Shown in pieces: positions 17,639 to 27,633 of a DNA stretch of 64,000 nt (positions are counted from its first letter, which is position 1; each line of letters begins with the position of its first letter). Made by a program: the position numbers and the translations under genes. The notes under the pieces were generated by a model that saw only the letters and a program-made list of their open reading frames with translations, searched no databases and was not told where the DNA came from. The DNA comes from Alphaproteobacteria bacterium (lineage in GTDB: Bacteria > Pseudomonadota > Alphaproteobacteria > Holosporales > JBOFFI01). Location of the stretch: assembly GCA_051648545.1 (NCBI GenBank), contig JBOFFI010000049.1, positions 12,620 to 76,619 of the forward strand. The letters are read 5' to 3'.

Positions 17639-19621
17639 TTATACGGCTCCGCCTTCAGGTCGCGGCGTCAGCTTTGGAGGATTTTTTCGGGTTTTTTTGG
17701 GAGGCGGGCTTCCTTCAGAAGCAGTTTCTCCCTCCCCCGAAACAGAGCTTTTTTTCCTTGGCTTTTCAGACGATGCGTCGCCATCCGTCGATGTAGGCGG
17801 AAGAGGCCTGTCAAAGCGCCCCGTGGTCAAAAGCTGACGAATGTCATCCCCCGTCAACGTCTCATATTCCAGCAAATGTTCCGCGATTAGCTTAAGATGC
17901 TTTGCATGTTTGGTTAAAATCTGTTTTGCCGTTCCATAGGCCTGATCTACGATGGAGCGCACCTCTTGGTCAATCAACTGGGTCGTCGCCTCGGACACAT
18001 TTTTATGCTGGGCCACAGAATGTCCCAAAAAAACTTCCTGGGTCACTTCCCCATAGCTTAAAGGTCCTAATTTTTCACTCATCCCCCACTCCGTTACCAT
18101 GCGACGTGCCATTTCAGTAGCGTGACGGATATCAGAAGAAGCCCCTGTCGTGACCTTCTCCACCCCAAAGGTAATCTCTTCCGCAAGACGTCCCCCCATG
18201 GCCACCGCAAGGTCTGCCATTAAACGGGCTCTAGAGACAGAAATACGGTCCCTTTCTGGCAAGCGCATCACCATGCCCAGCGCACTTCCTCTGGGGATAA
18301 TCGTCGCTTTGTGAATGGGATCAGAATCTGGAGAATGGAAGGCCACCACCGCGTGCCCCGCTTCATGAAAAGCCGTCAAACGCTTTTCATCTTCATTCAT
18401 CGCCATCGAGCGACGCTCCGCCCCCATCATCACTTTGTCTTTTGCGTCTTCAAATTCTTGCATCCCTACAGAGCGCTTTCCGCGCCGAGCGGCCAACAAA
18501 GCTGCCTCATTCACGAGGTTGGCTAAATCAGCGCCAGAAAACCCTGGGGTTCCCCGGGCGATGATATGGGCATCAACACCTGGAGCCAAAGCAACTTTTT
18601 TCATATGCACCTGGAGGATTTTTTGCCTCCCCATGATATCGGGATTAGGAACCACAACCTGACGGTCAAAACGACCCGGACGCAACAGAGCAGGGTCTAA
18701 AACATCTGGACGGTTTGTCGCAGCAATCAAGATGACACCTTCGTTTGATTCAAATCCATCCATCTCAACCAAAAGCTGGTTTAAGGTCTGTTCTCGCTCA
18801 TCATTTCCACCCCCTAAACCTGCGCCACGGTGGCGCCCCACGGCGTCGATCTCATCGATAAAAATGATGCAAGGCGCGTTTTGCTTCCCCTGCTCAAACA
18901 TATCCCGTACGCGGCTAGCCCCCACGCCCACAAACATTTCCACAAAATCAGAACCGGAGATAGAGAAAAAGGGTACGTTAGCCTCCCCCGCGATGGCCCG
19001 GGCCAGCAAGGTTTTACCTGTTCCTGGAGGTCCCACCAGCAACACACCTTTGGGAATGCGCCCTCCCAATTTCTGGAATTTTTGAGGATCTTTCAAAAAA
19101 TCGACAATCTCTTCCAAATCTTCTTTAGCTTCATCAATCCCTGCAACGTCTTTAAACGTGACAGGATTTTTCTTCTCATCCATCAAGCGAGCCTTGGATT
19201 TTCCAAATCCCATGGCGCGCCCTGTTCCATTTTGCATTTGCCGCAAGAAAAAAACCCAAACGCCAATCAACAGCAACATAGGAAACCAAGACAGCAAAAT
19301 TTGCAAAAACGAGGGTGATCCTTCTTCCGGCGGCGCAGCCTTAATGCGGACATGGCTAGCCATCAGCTTATCTACTAAATTAGAAGCATTGGGCGGCACA
19401 TAGGTAGAAAATTGACGTCCATCTTGCAAACGCCCCAAAACCTGGTCTCCACGGATAAAGACCTCTGTCACATGCCCTGTCTTAACTTCGGACATAAAAT
19501 CAGAAAAATCGACAGACTGCACATGCTGACGGCCTGAGCCTCCTTGGTACATGTTAAACAGCGCAAGAAGAAAAAGACCAATAATCAACCAAAGCGCTAC
19601 GTTTTTGCTATTGCTTCCCAA
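17639..19621 (-). CDS. ftsH: ATP-dependent zinc metalloprotease FtsH
   Basis: It has Walker [12 protein letters not shown], the SRH region and the zinc site HEAGHAV. It also has two N-terminal TM helices and a ~70-aa Lys/Pro/Ser-rich C-terminal tail. Confidence 0.95.
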   Translation of the reverse strand: MGSNSKNVALWLIIGLFLLALFNMYQGGSGRQHVQSVDFSDFMSEVKTGHVTEVFIRGDQVLGRLQDGRQFSTYVPPNASNLVDKLMASHVRIKAAPPEEGSPSFLQILLSWFPMLLLIGVWVFFLRQMQNGTGRAMGFGKSKARLMDEKKNPVTFKDVAGIDEAKEDLEEIVDFLKDPQKFQKLGGRIPKGVLLVGPPGTGKTLLARAIAGEANVPFFSISGSDFVEMFVGVGASRVRDMFEQGKQNAPCIIFIDEIDAVGRHRGAGLGGGNDEREQTLNQLLVEMDGFESNEGVILIAATNRPDVLDPALLRPGRFDRQVVVPNPDIMGRQKILQVHMKKVALAPGVDAHIIARGTPGFSGADLANLVNEAALLAARRGKRSVGMQEFEDAKDKVMMGAERRSMAMNEDEKRLTAFHEAGHAVVAFHSPDSDPIHKATIIPRGSALGMVMRLPERDRISVSRARLMADLAVAMGGRLAEEITFGVEKVTTGASSDIRHATEMARRMVTEWGMSEKLGPLSYGEVTQEVFLGHSVAQHKNVSEATTQLIDQEVRSIVDQAYGTAKQILTKHAKHLKLIAEHLLEYETLTGDDIRQLLTTGRFDRPLPPTSTDGDASSEKPRKKSSVSGEGETASEGSPPPKKTRKNPPKLTPRPEGGAV

Positions 19622-19805
19622 TTTTTTGCCCTTTCAGAAAACCCATTTTTTTGACCCACTACCCGCGAAAAAACAGCTAGAACCTAACCTTATTCAACCG
19701 AACAAAATTTAATTTTTTCTTAAAAAAAACACACCTTTTTTTCTTTCATCACATTGAAAAAACAAGATTTTATTTTTGAAAAAGAAACTTACTATCTGTT
19801 TTTGT

Positions 19806-21179
19806 TTACGTAGGAAAAAGATTCTCCCCAAGACACAAAGAAACATCCGGGAAAAATACAAACTTTCCCAAAAATACCACCTTCTGAACAACCCTGTCAA
19901 TGGACGGTTCGCGCCTTTTTTTTATCCCACCTGCTTGAAAAAGTAAGTCATCTGGAAACACATCTGGAAAAATTCCAATTTCCTCTCCCCACCCCTCAAG
20001 CCTAAGGGATGGCATGCTGGCCAAAGCACGTTTTTCTAAGCATGAAAGTTTTTCGCTTTCCAGAGCCCTAACGCCAGCTCCCCCTAAATATGAAAGCTGC
20101 AAGGGTGTTGTTGTCTTTAACTCCACGTAAAACCGCCTATCCCAGATATATGAAATGGTCCCATCCTCTTCCGGAGACAGCAAACAAGGGCTTTGAACCA
20201 AGGCAAGCTCTCGATAAAACCACATGAGACCTTCACGTTCCACGAGGCAACAGCCCCCCAGGGTTCGAACTTGCTTGAGGCCCCCCCCCAATATTTTATC
20301 AATCCAAAGGTCCATCTGCTGTTGCTTAAAAAAGTGTTTTTGCCCCCCACAGGCCTGTAAAATTTTTTTCAGAACAAGGGATTGAACCTCTGGCGAAAAA
20401 TTTTTGAACACGTCCAACTGAAGCGACGCATACCCTTGGGGGAAAACCTGCAATCCTTGCTGCACGCACGCCGCAACCTGGTTTTCTAGCGCGTGCCGAT
20501 TGATGGCAAAGGCTTGAATTTCTGATAAAAGCTCTTGTTTTTGTTCTGCAGAAAAGGTTGCGAGGTGATGGCGCATCCGAACTCGAGAAAAACGCATCTC
20601 TTGATTACTTGGGTCTTCCACCCAAGGTATCCCTTCTTTTTTAAGGGTTGCCAGCAACCTTCCTTTAGGAAAACTCAACAAGGGGCGCACAAGACGGATA
20701 CCCAAACGCTGGGATACAGCAGACATGCACGCAAGGCCATAGGGCTGGCTCTGTTTTTCTTGCCTCAGCAAAAAAGTTTCAAGTTGATCATCTTGGTGGT
20801 GAGCTAAAAAAAGGCTTCGGATCCCATGCTTCCAACAATAGGTCGCGAGAAGCTCATAACGCTTTTCCCGAGCTTTCGCTTGAATGCCGCCTAAGGGCTT
20901 GCGCCCCTCCCAGATAAGGATTTTCCCTTGAATGCCCAGCTGCTCCACCCATTCCAAAACCTGCAAAGCTTCTTGGGAAGATTGAAGACGCAGGCGATGG
21001 TCAACGATGAGGGCTACCAGGCTTTTGGCCTTGGCCTCTGCCCAGGCTTTCAAAAGCACGAGCAAGGCAAGGCTATCGCTGCCACCCGAAACGGCAACAG
21101 CCACACGCTGTTCATCCAGCAAGAAAGGAAAATTGGCCAGCTGCTGAGAAAATTCCAGCAACGAAATGGGGAGAGACAT
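19806..21179 (-). CDS. tilS: tRNA(Ile)-lysidine synthase
   Basis: It has the PP-loop VAVSGGSDSLALL near the N-terminus. Its size fits, and the tilS-ftsH neighbourhood is typical of alphaproteobacteria. Confidence 0.8.
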   Translation of the reverse strand: MSLPISLLEFSQQLANFPFLLDEQRVAVAVSGGSDSLALLVLLKAWAEAKAKSLVALIVDHRLRLQSSQEALQVLEWVEQLGIQGKILIWEGRKPLGGIQAKAREKRYELLATYCWKHGIRSLFLAHHQDDQLETFLLRQEKQSQPYGLACMSAVSQRLGIRLVRPLLSFPKGRLLATLKKEGIPWVEDPSNQEMRFSRVRMRHHLATFSAEQKQELLSEIQAFAINRHALENQVAACVQQGLQVFPQGYASLQLDVFKNFSPEVQSLVLKKILQACGGQKHFFKQQQMDLWIDKILGGGLKQVRTLGGCCLVEREGLMWFYRELALVQSPCLLSPEEDGTISYIWDRRFYVELKTTTPLQLSYLGGAGVRALESEKLSCLEKRALASMPSLRLEGWGEEIGIFPDVFPDDLLFQAGGIKKRREPSIDRVVQKVVFLGKFVFFPDVSLCLGENLFPT

Positions 21180-21205
21180 GGCGCCTTAAAAAAGCGTAGC
21201 CAACC

Positions 21206-21664
21206 TTAAGAGCGTTGAGGCTTAGGCGGTGCTTTTCCTAAATTGCGAAAGAGCTGCTTCATAACAGGGGTCGATTGGCCCACCGGCGGCGTGACCCGCT
21301 TAACCATGGGAACAGCTTCCATATCTTTTTTACCCTTCTCCTCCATTTTGGTCAAAACACCACCGGGGGAAAAGGTCAAAACATACACTCTATTTTCTAA
21401 AACCGTCGGCGTAAAAAACGCGCAAGTTTCAGAAAAGCAGGAGGCATAATACCACGTGTTTGAGTCAATGGGAGAGACAGAAGAAGGTGTTCCCCAGAGG
21501 CGGAAAACATCTTGTTGAGTTGTTTTCCCAACTTGAATTTGCTTCAGCGTGCTGCGGGGCAAGACCATACCACTTTGCTGGTGCGTTGAAACACAACCCA
21601 AAACACCAAGGCTCAGCAAGGCTAATCCCATTCCTCTTAAGACTTTTTCAAACGAAAACATCAC
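21206..21664 (-). CDS. bamE: Outer membrane protein assembly factor BamE (SmpA/OmlA lipoprotein)
   Basis: The lipobox is LGVLGC. It is followed by the SmpA/OmlA-like LKQIQVGKTTQQDVFRLWGTPS. Confidence 0.7.
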   Translation of the reverse strand: MMFSFEKVLRGMGLALLSLGVLGCVSTHQQSGMVLPRSTLKQIQVGKTTQQDVFRLWGTPSSVSPIDSNTWYYASCFSETCAFFTPTVLENRVYVLTFSPGGVLTKMEEKGKKDMEAVPMVKRVTPPVGQSTPVMKQLFRNLGKAPPKPQRS

Positions 21665-21793
21665 TTCTGAAAACCCTAAACAGATTAAAAATAATATCTT
21701 GTCTTGAAATGTGGCATACGAGACTCAGCCTTGTCAAGGAACCCCTTCCATACATGGGTTTACGAGGGTTTCATTTAGAGCTGCAGCAAATAT

Positions 21794-22564
21794 TTAAAGG
21801 TCATTTGGAGCATGAATAGGCTGCTTAAGCACAAAAAAAATCTTCGAATTTATTTGGCTTTTAGGTTCATTTTCGTGTGTGTACAGAAGATCACGCACGA
21901 TAAATTCTCTTCTTGTAACAGATTCAAACAACCCCATTAAATGGTTTTGCGTCGTAGAAAGCATATTTTTTTCAAACGTCGGCCTCATCAAGTCAAAAGT
22001 CCTACTTCCAAATTCAGATTGAGCACAAGAAAGCCAAGAAAAAGGAATTTTGTAAGAATAGGGAGTGTAATGAATGCCATCTTCATTCTCGTTGTTTACA
22101 AAAACCATCGTTGGTACAGCTTCGAAAAAAATGCAGCTTTCAGCATTTTTTTCCAACAATTTTGAATAGTGAGTCATGAAATCTGCAGATTCATTCTGTA
22201 AAAAATTCCACGAAAAACGGTCAATGACCACAGCAGAAAAAAGAGTTTCAAGCGGTTTGATGTCTTTAGATTCAAGAAAATTAGCATTGAGTTTTAAAGA
22301 CGTTTCTTCAATTAGATCTTCATCATAAGGTAATGTTTCATAACTCCAAATTATTTTCTTCCCTTTTGATGAAAAAGAGCTTTGATCAATGCCAGTGCGT
22401 CCAATCACCAATCCCAATTTTTTGCCAGATTGCTTGAGATTTTTAAGTTTGTTAATTTGTCGCTTTAATTCTCCCTCTTCTTTAGAGGATTTAACGGATA
22501 TCCCTGGGAAAGAGGCGAAAAAAAGTGCTGCCAACAATAAGAAAAGAGCGTATTTTTTAGACAT
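21794..22564 (-). CDS. Hypothetical secreted protein (orphan)
   Basis: It is a 256-aa ORF with a signal peptide, MSKKYALFLLLAALFFASFPG. I do not recognise any motif. The region looks AT-rich by eye. Confidence 0.5.
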   Translation of the reverse strand: MSKKYALFLLLAALFFASFPGISVKSSKEEGELKRQINKLKNLKQSGKKLGLVIGRTGIDQSSFSSKGKKIIWSYETLPYDEDLIEETSLKLNANFLESKDIKPLETLFSAVVIDRFSWNFLQNESADFMTHYSKLLEKNAESCIFFEAVPTMVFVNNENEDGIHYTPYSYKIPFSWLSCAQSEFGSRTFDLMRPTFEKNMLSTTQNHLMGLFESVTRREFIVRDLLYTHENEPKSQINSKIFFVLKQPIHAPNDL

Positions 22565-22652
22565 AAGTTATCCCTCAAAATTACAAAAAAGAATACCTGT
22601 ATTCTATCTTTCTTGTTCTAGATAGACAACAAAAAATGTCTTCTGAATGCTT

Positions 22653-23018
22653 CTAAACCATTTTTCCCAGAACCTTCCCACCCAACAAATGAACGTGGAA
22701 ATGCGGAACCTCTTGTCCACCGTTAAGGCCACAATTTGAAATCAAGCGGAACCCTTTTTCTTCGAGGCTCTCTTGGCGAACAACGCCTCGAACAGCATTC
22801 CAAAATCCAAGCTGGACTTCAGGAGGTGCTTTTTCAGTAAAATCAAGCAACGAAAGGTAAGGCCCTTTAGGAATGACCAGTACATGAATGGGGGCCTTGG
22901 GTTGAATATCATGGAAAGCGAGCGCATAAATATCTTCATAGACCTTGCGACAAGGAATTTCTCCCTGTAGAATGCGGCCGAAGATGTTGGTGGGATCGTA
23001 AAGAGATGTCAGTTTCAT
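22653..23018 (-). CDS. HIT-family (histidine triad) protein
   Basis: It has the HIT motif HFHVHLLGG and an N-terminal IFGRILQGEIPCRKVYED. I set the start at ATG 23018, because the longer ORF would run into the hslV start. Confidence 0.85.
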   Translation of the reverse strand: MKLTSLYDPTNIFGRILQGEIPCRKVYEDIYALAFHDIQPKAPIHVLVIPKGPYLSLLDFTEKAPPEVQLGFWNAVRGVVRQESLEEKGFRLISNCGLNGGQEVPHFHVHLLGGKVLGKMV

Positions 23019-23138
23019 GTTACGGCTAATTCCCAAAAAGTTAAGGCATGACGCGACATTATAATACGAGCGCTTGGGTTTGGCTAGGGTTGGGATCCCC
23101 CCCAAGAAAATCCTATTGCGATTGAGAGGAAATAAAAC

Positions 23139-23693
23139 ATGACAGAAGAACGGCGTTCCCCTTTGTGGCATGGAACCACCATTGTATCAGTTCGTAAGGG
23201 GAATGAGGTGGTGGTGGCAGGAGATGGTCAAGTCACCATGGGTTCTGTTATTATCAAAAATAATGCACGTAAAGTGCGTCGTTTAGGGTCTGGGCAAGTG
23301 ATTGCTGGGTTTGCTGGGGCCACCGCCGATGCGCTTACGCTGTTTGAGCGCCTTGAAGCCAAATTAGAGCAATATCCAGAACAGCTTTCCAGAGCCTGTG
23401 TGGAGCTTGCAAAAGACTGGCGTACAGACCGTTATTTGCGTCGCTTAGAGGCCATGATGGCAGTTGCAGACAAAAACCAATCCCTCATTCTAACAGGGAC
23501 CGGAGATGTTTTGGAACCAGAAATGGGGTTGATAGGGATTGGCTCAGGGGGCCCTTATGCCATCGCCGCAGCTAGAGCTCTGGTAGACCTCGATTTAACC
23601 GCTGAAGAAATTGCCCGCAAAGCCCTTCACATTGCCGCAGACCTGTGCGTTTATACCAATGCCCAAATTTTGATAGAAAGGTTGCCCCAATGA
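23139..23693 (+). CDS. hslV: ATP-dependent protease subunit HslV
   Basis: It has the [24 protein letters not shown]-terminal Thr protease signature. Confidence 0.95.
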   Translation: MTEERRSPLWHGTTIVSVRKGNEVVVAGDGQVTMGSVIIKNNARKVRRLGSGQVIAGFAGATADALTLFERLEAKLEQYPEQLSRACVELAKDWRTDRYLRRLEAMMAVADKNQSLILTGTGDVLEPEMGLIGIGSGGPYAIAAARALVDLDLTAEEIARKALHIAADLCVYTNAQILIERLPQ

Positions 23694-25000
23694 CCCCGTT
23701 TACCCCCCGTGAAATTGTGGCAGAGTTAGACCGCCATATCGTTGGGCAGGCTGATGCTAAACGGTGCGTTGCGATAGCCTTACGCAACCGGTGGCGCAGG
23801 CTTCAGCTGGAACCCGCTTTACGAGAAGATGTCATTCCTAAAAATATTTTAATGATTGGCCCAACGGGTTGCGGAAAAACAGAGATCGCTCGAAGGCTTG
23901 CAAAACTTGCGGATTCTCCCTTCATCAAAGTTGAAGCAACGAAATTCACTGAGGTGGGATATGTAGGACGAGATGTGGAACAGATTATCCGAGACCTCCT
24001 GGAAATCTCCATGTCTCAAACGAAGGAACGCCTGCGCCAGGAAGTTGAAGTAAAAGCAACTGTTCAAGCAGAAGAACGCCTTTTAGATGCTTTGGTCGGG
24101 GATTCTGCTAGCAGCGAAACCCGAGAAAAATTTAAGACCCTGCTGAAGGAAGGCACGCTGGCCGATCGTGAGGTAGAATTATACGTAGCGGATACCAGCA
24201 ACCCTTTCCCTACCTTCGACATTCCTGGGATGCCTGGGGCCCAATTGGGGATGATGAATTTAGGAGATATGCTGGGCAAAGCCATGGGTACCGGCCGCAC
24301 AAAACAACGCCGAATGAAGGTTTCAGAAGCTTGGGAATTTCTCATTGCAGAGGAAAGCGAGAAGCTTTTAGATCAAGAAAGCATGGTGAAAGAAGCGATT
24401 CTCTCGGTAGAGGAAAATGGGATTGTCTTCCTGGACGAGATTGATAAAATATCCGCTAGGTCAGAACGCTCAGGCTCTGATGTCAGCCGGGAAGGCGTCC
24501 AGCGGGATTTGTTGCCGTTGCTGGAAGGCACCACCGTCACTACCAAGCACGGGATGGTCAAAACAGACCATATTCTCTTCATTACTTCCGGTGCCTTTCA
24601 TCTTGCAAAGCCTTCTGATTTGCTGCCTGAACTTCAAGGTCGCCTCCCTATTCGGGTAGAGCTGCAATCCCTAAACCGAGAAGATTTTATCCGGATTCTT
24701 CAAGAGCCCGAAACCAGCTTGGTGCGCCAATATGTGAGCCTTCTTGCGACAGAAAAAGTGACCTTGGTTTTCACAGAAGCAGGGATTCACGAAATCGCTA
24801 AGCTTGCTGCTGAGATCAATGCCAATGTAGAAAACATTGGTGCACGACGTCTCCACACGGTGATGGAACGCTTGGTAGAGGAAATCAGCTTTGTTGCTTC
24901 AGAAAAACAAGGAGAAACCTTCACCATTGATGCTCCTTACGTACAAGAAAAGGTAGGTATCCTTGCGAAGAACGCGGATTTATCCAAATTTATCTTATAG
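23690..25000 (+). CDS. hslU: ATP-dependent protease ATPase subunit HslU
   Basis: It has [25 protein letters not shown] and Walker [16 protein letters not shown]. Its ATGA overlaps the hslV stop. Confidence 0.95.
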   Translation: MTPFTPREIVAELDRHIVGQADAKRCVAIALRNRWRRLQLEPALREDVIPKNILMIGPTGCGKTEIARRLAKLADSPFIKVEATKFTEVGYVGRDVEQIIRDLLEISMSQTKERLRQEVEVKATVQAEERLLDALVGDSASSETREKFKTLLKEGTLADREVELYVADTSNPFPTFDIPGMPGAQLGMMNLGDMLGKAMGTGRTKQRRMKVSEAWEFLIAEESEKLLDQESMVKEAILSVEENGIVFLDEIDKISARSERSGSDVSREGVQRDLLPLLEGTTVTTKHGMVKTDHILFITSGAFHLAKPSDLLPELQGRLPIRVELQSLNREDFIRILQEPETSLVRQYVSLLATEKVTLVFTEAGIHEIAKLAAEINANVENIGARRLHTVMERLVEEISFVASEKQGETFTIDAPYVQEKVGILAKNADLSKFIL

Positions 25001-25088
25001 AGCGCGCCTTGTAAAAGATAGTCTCACATTTTTCCCTGTCATGCCTCGCAGAAGCGGTAATCCAGGGAAAGCTCACAAAACCCTCGCG

Positions 25089-25733
25089 TTAAAATCTCAG
25101 CGAATTTACGCTATCGTCAAACATTTCCGCGCTTGGAGATGTAAGAACGGCACTTCCTCCCTGTTCCAAGTGGGATTTAAGAGAATTTTGGAAAGCTGAA
25201 ATGCCTTGAGCATCAAGGTGATGGAGGGGCTCATCCAAAAGCCAACATGGCCTTCCAGACAAATGGACGCGACAAAGCATCAAACGCTGCCGCTGTCCTT
25301 GGGAAAGCACGCCACAGGGAAGCTGAAGCAGGGGCGCCAAGTCAAACTGCTCAAGCGCTTTAGCGAGCGCTGCTGCTGATGGAGAAGCTTGATAAAGCAC
25401 TATGCCCTCCTCCACTTGCTGTTTAACTGATTCTTGAAGGCGTAGGGCAGATTTATGCCCTACAAAAGCAAGTTGACGGCGATGCCAAGGTGATTCTAGA
25501 GAAAGAGCCGTGGCTCCAGACCAAAAATGTCCACCCAAAGGAGGCAATCCCCCCACAAGAGTCTTCAAAAAAGTTGATTTTCCCCCACCATTAGAAGCCT
25601 GCACCGCCAAAATTTTTCCAGGCTCAACCTTGAAATTAAAAATTTTTGAAACAAAACGCGGCAAATGAGCCAATTGAACTTTTTCTCCTTCAAAAGCATA
25701 AGGAGCAAAACTCAATGGGTCCCCTCCAGCCAA
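25089..25733 (-). CDS. ccmA: ABC ATPase, probably the heme exporter CcmA
   Basis: It is about 210 aa with Walker A NGGGKST, the signature LSQGQRQRL and Walker B WLLDEP. It has CcmA-like size and layout. No ccmB lies adjacent. Confidence 0.6.
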   Translation of the reverse strand: MAGGDPLSFAPYAFEGEKVQLAHLPRFVSKIFNFKVEPGKILAVQASNGGGKSTFLKTLVGGLPPLGGHFWSGATALSLESPWHRRQLAFVGHKSALRLQESVKQQVEEGIVLYQASPSAAALAKALEQFDLAPLLQLPCGVLSQGQRQRLMLCRVHLSGRPCWLLDEPLHHLDAQGISAFQNSLKSHLEQGGSAVLTSPSAEMFDDSVNSLRF

Positions 25734-27592
25734 AACGTTGTAGAGTCATACCCTTCAAGCACAGGCAAGATATCAGGCATTCGAACCCGATTCCAATAAG
25801 CCACCTGAAGTTTAGGAGGATAAAAGGCAGGGACACTATAAAATCCGCTCATCAAAACGCGGTCTAAAGCTTTGGCGTAAAGCTGCATGGTTTTATAAGT
25901 TTTGGCCGCAATAATAGCTTCAATCATCTTGTCCACAACGGGGCTATGGATACCGATTAAATTTTTACTTCCCTCCATCGTTACCTGCCTAGATCCAAAA
26001 CAATCCCATAATTCATTGCCTAAAGTATAAGAAGCAGGAATTTTATCGAGTATCATTTCAAAGCTAAATTTCTGGGTTGCATTTTCGAACGTAGCGGAAT
26101 CCACCAAACGAACATCCATGTGAATACCAAGTTTTTTCCGAAGCGCTTCTCGGTAATGGGAAACTATTTTCTCAAAGGGACCCCCTGCAATCAACAAAAA
26201 TGTAAAACGAAAAGGCTTGCCAGTCTGCCCGTGGATCAGCTTTCCTTTTTCGAAGCGCCAACCCGCTTCCTTTAAAAGTTCAAGGGCTTTTTGCTTGCGC
26301 TGCCTTGAATCCGTGAAACCGCCATCCACAAATACAGACATAGGTTTTTCAAAAATAGTGGAAGAAAGCTGTTGCTGAAACGGCTCTAAAACAGCACGTT
26401 CTTCTGAGCTGATAAGACCCGTTGCCGCAAAGTCTGAATTGCTGAAAAAAGAAGTGATTCTTGCCCTGCTGTTTTCAAGTAAATTCTGGTTAATCCACTC
26501 AAAATCAAAAACCAAACCTAAAGCTTGGCGGACCCGTGGATCTTGAAAGAGAGATTTTCGGGTATTAAAGATAAACCCTATATGGCCAAGGGGGATTTTG
26601 TGCGGAATATCTTTTAAGACCAGCTTTCCTTCTTTTACTGCCTGAAAAGTCCGCAGCGTAACCGCTTGTTTAGAGGTGAGAACTTGAAAATCAATTTGTC
26701 CTTTTTTTAATGATTCTAAAAAAACTGAATAATCCCGAAAATAATCATAACGGATCGCCTTAAAACGATAAAATCCATGGGCAGCTGGCACCGCATCACC
26801 CCACCAAGCTGGAACTCGCTCATAGGTAATGCTTTTCCCCGGAGAAATTTTCCCAACACGGTAGGGACCGCTTCCAAGAGGTGGCGTAAGATCTCCTTTA
26901 TCTCCATTTGCTCCCTGGTAAAAACTGCGAGGCAATACCGGCAATTGCCCAAGAATAAAAGGCATTTCTGGGTTAGACGTTTCCCTCAAGATAAAAGTAA
27001 CCTGACGATCACCCGTTTTTTCAGCACGTTCCACCAACCTATAATAGCTTTTAAAAAAAGGTGACCCTTTTTCAAGCAGATAATTGAAGGTAAAGATAAC
27101 ATCTTCTGGCAGAACAGCAGAACCATCATGGAAAACCGCTTGGGGACGTAACAAAAAAGTTACCCGGGTTTTGTCTTCGGACACATGAACCCCTTCAGCG
27201 ATGTAACCATAGCCAGAACAAGGCTCGTCTGAACTCTTTTTTAAAAGGCTTGCGTGAAGCAGATTTCCTTCGATTAGAGCCAAACCCGCCGCAACCTCTC
27301 CTTTAAGGAGATAGGGGTTGAGGCTATCAAAGCCCCCCAGAACACCTAGTTTAAAGGTTCCTTGAATGGGTACACTAGAATTAACGTAAGCAAACGAGGA
27401 AAAATTCTCCGGATATCTGACTGAACCAAAAGCCGCGATACCGTGCTTGAAAACAAGCTTAAGAGCTGGCGGTTGTTCCGTTGCCGCTTTCCCTTCTGTC
27501 GGAAGACACGCCAGAACACAGCCCAGGAAAACCAAAATCCCAAAAAAAATTCTACAATATTTATTCTGCTTATTTCTTTTTTTTTTGCACAT
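25712..27592 (-). CDS. ABC transporter substrate-binding protein, family 5 (peptide/YejA-like)
   Basis: It is about 625 aa with a signal peptide, CRIFFGILVFLGCVLACL. It has SBP_bac_5-like segments (GSGPYRV...ITYERVPAWWG). I set the start at ATG 27592. Confidence 0.8.
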   Translation of the reverse strand: MCKKKRNKQNKYCRIFFGILVFLGCVLACLPTEGKAATEQPPALKLVFKHGIAAFGSVRYPENFSSFAYVNSSVPIQGTFKLGVLGGFDSLNPYLLKGEVAAGLALIEGNLLHASLLKKSSDEPCSGYGYIAEGVHVSEDKTRVTFLLRPQAVFHDGSAVLPEDVIFTFNYLLEKGSPFFKSYYRLVERAEKTGDRQVTFILRETSNPEMPFILGQLPVLPRSFYQGANGDKGDLTPPLGSGPYRVGKISPGKSITYERVPAWWGDAVPAAHGFYRFKAIRYDYFRDYSVFLESLKKGQIDFQVLTSKQAVTLRTFQAVKEGKLVLKDIPHKIPLGHIGFIFNTRKSLFQDPRVRQALGLVFDFEWINQNLLENSRARITSFFSNSDFAATGLISSEERAVLEPFQQQLSSTIFEKPMSVFVDGGFTDSRQRKQKALELLKEAGWRFEKGKLIHGQTGKPFRFTFLLIAGGPFEKIVSHYREALRKKLGIHMDVRLVDSATFENATQKFSFEMILDKIPASYTLGNELWDCFGSRQVTMEGSKNLIGIHSPVVDKMIEAIIAAKTYKTMQLYAKALDRVLMSGFYSVPAFYPPKLQVAYWNRVRMPDILPVLEGYDSTTFWLEGTH

Positions 27593-27633
27593 GGCTTCCC
27601 CCCTCCCAGAAAGATTCATCCGTCGCGCTTGGT

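Noticed and set aside
23019-23171. A 51-aa N-terminal extension of the HIT protein ORF, and likewise the 15-aa extension of hslU (23645-23689).
   Set aside because: Each extension overlaps the neighbouring gene or promoter. The conserved family N-termini begin at the internal ATG codons 23018 and 23690.
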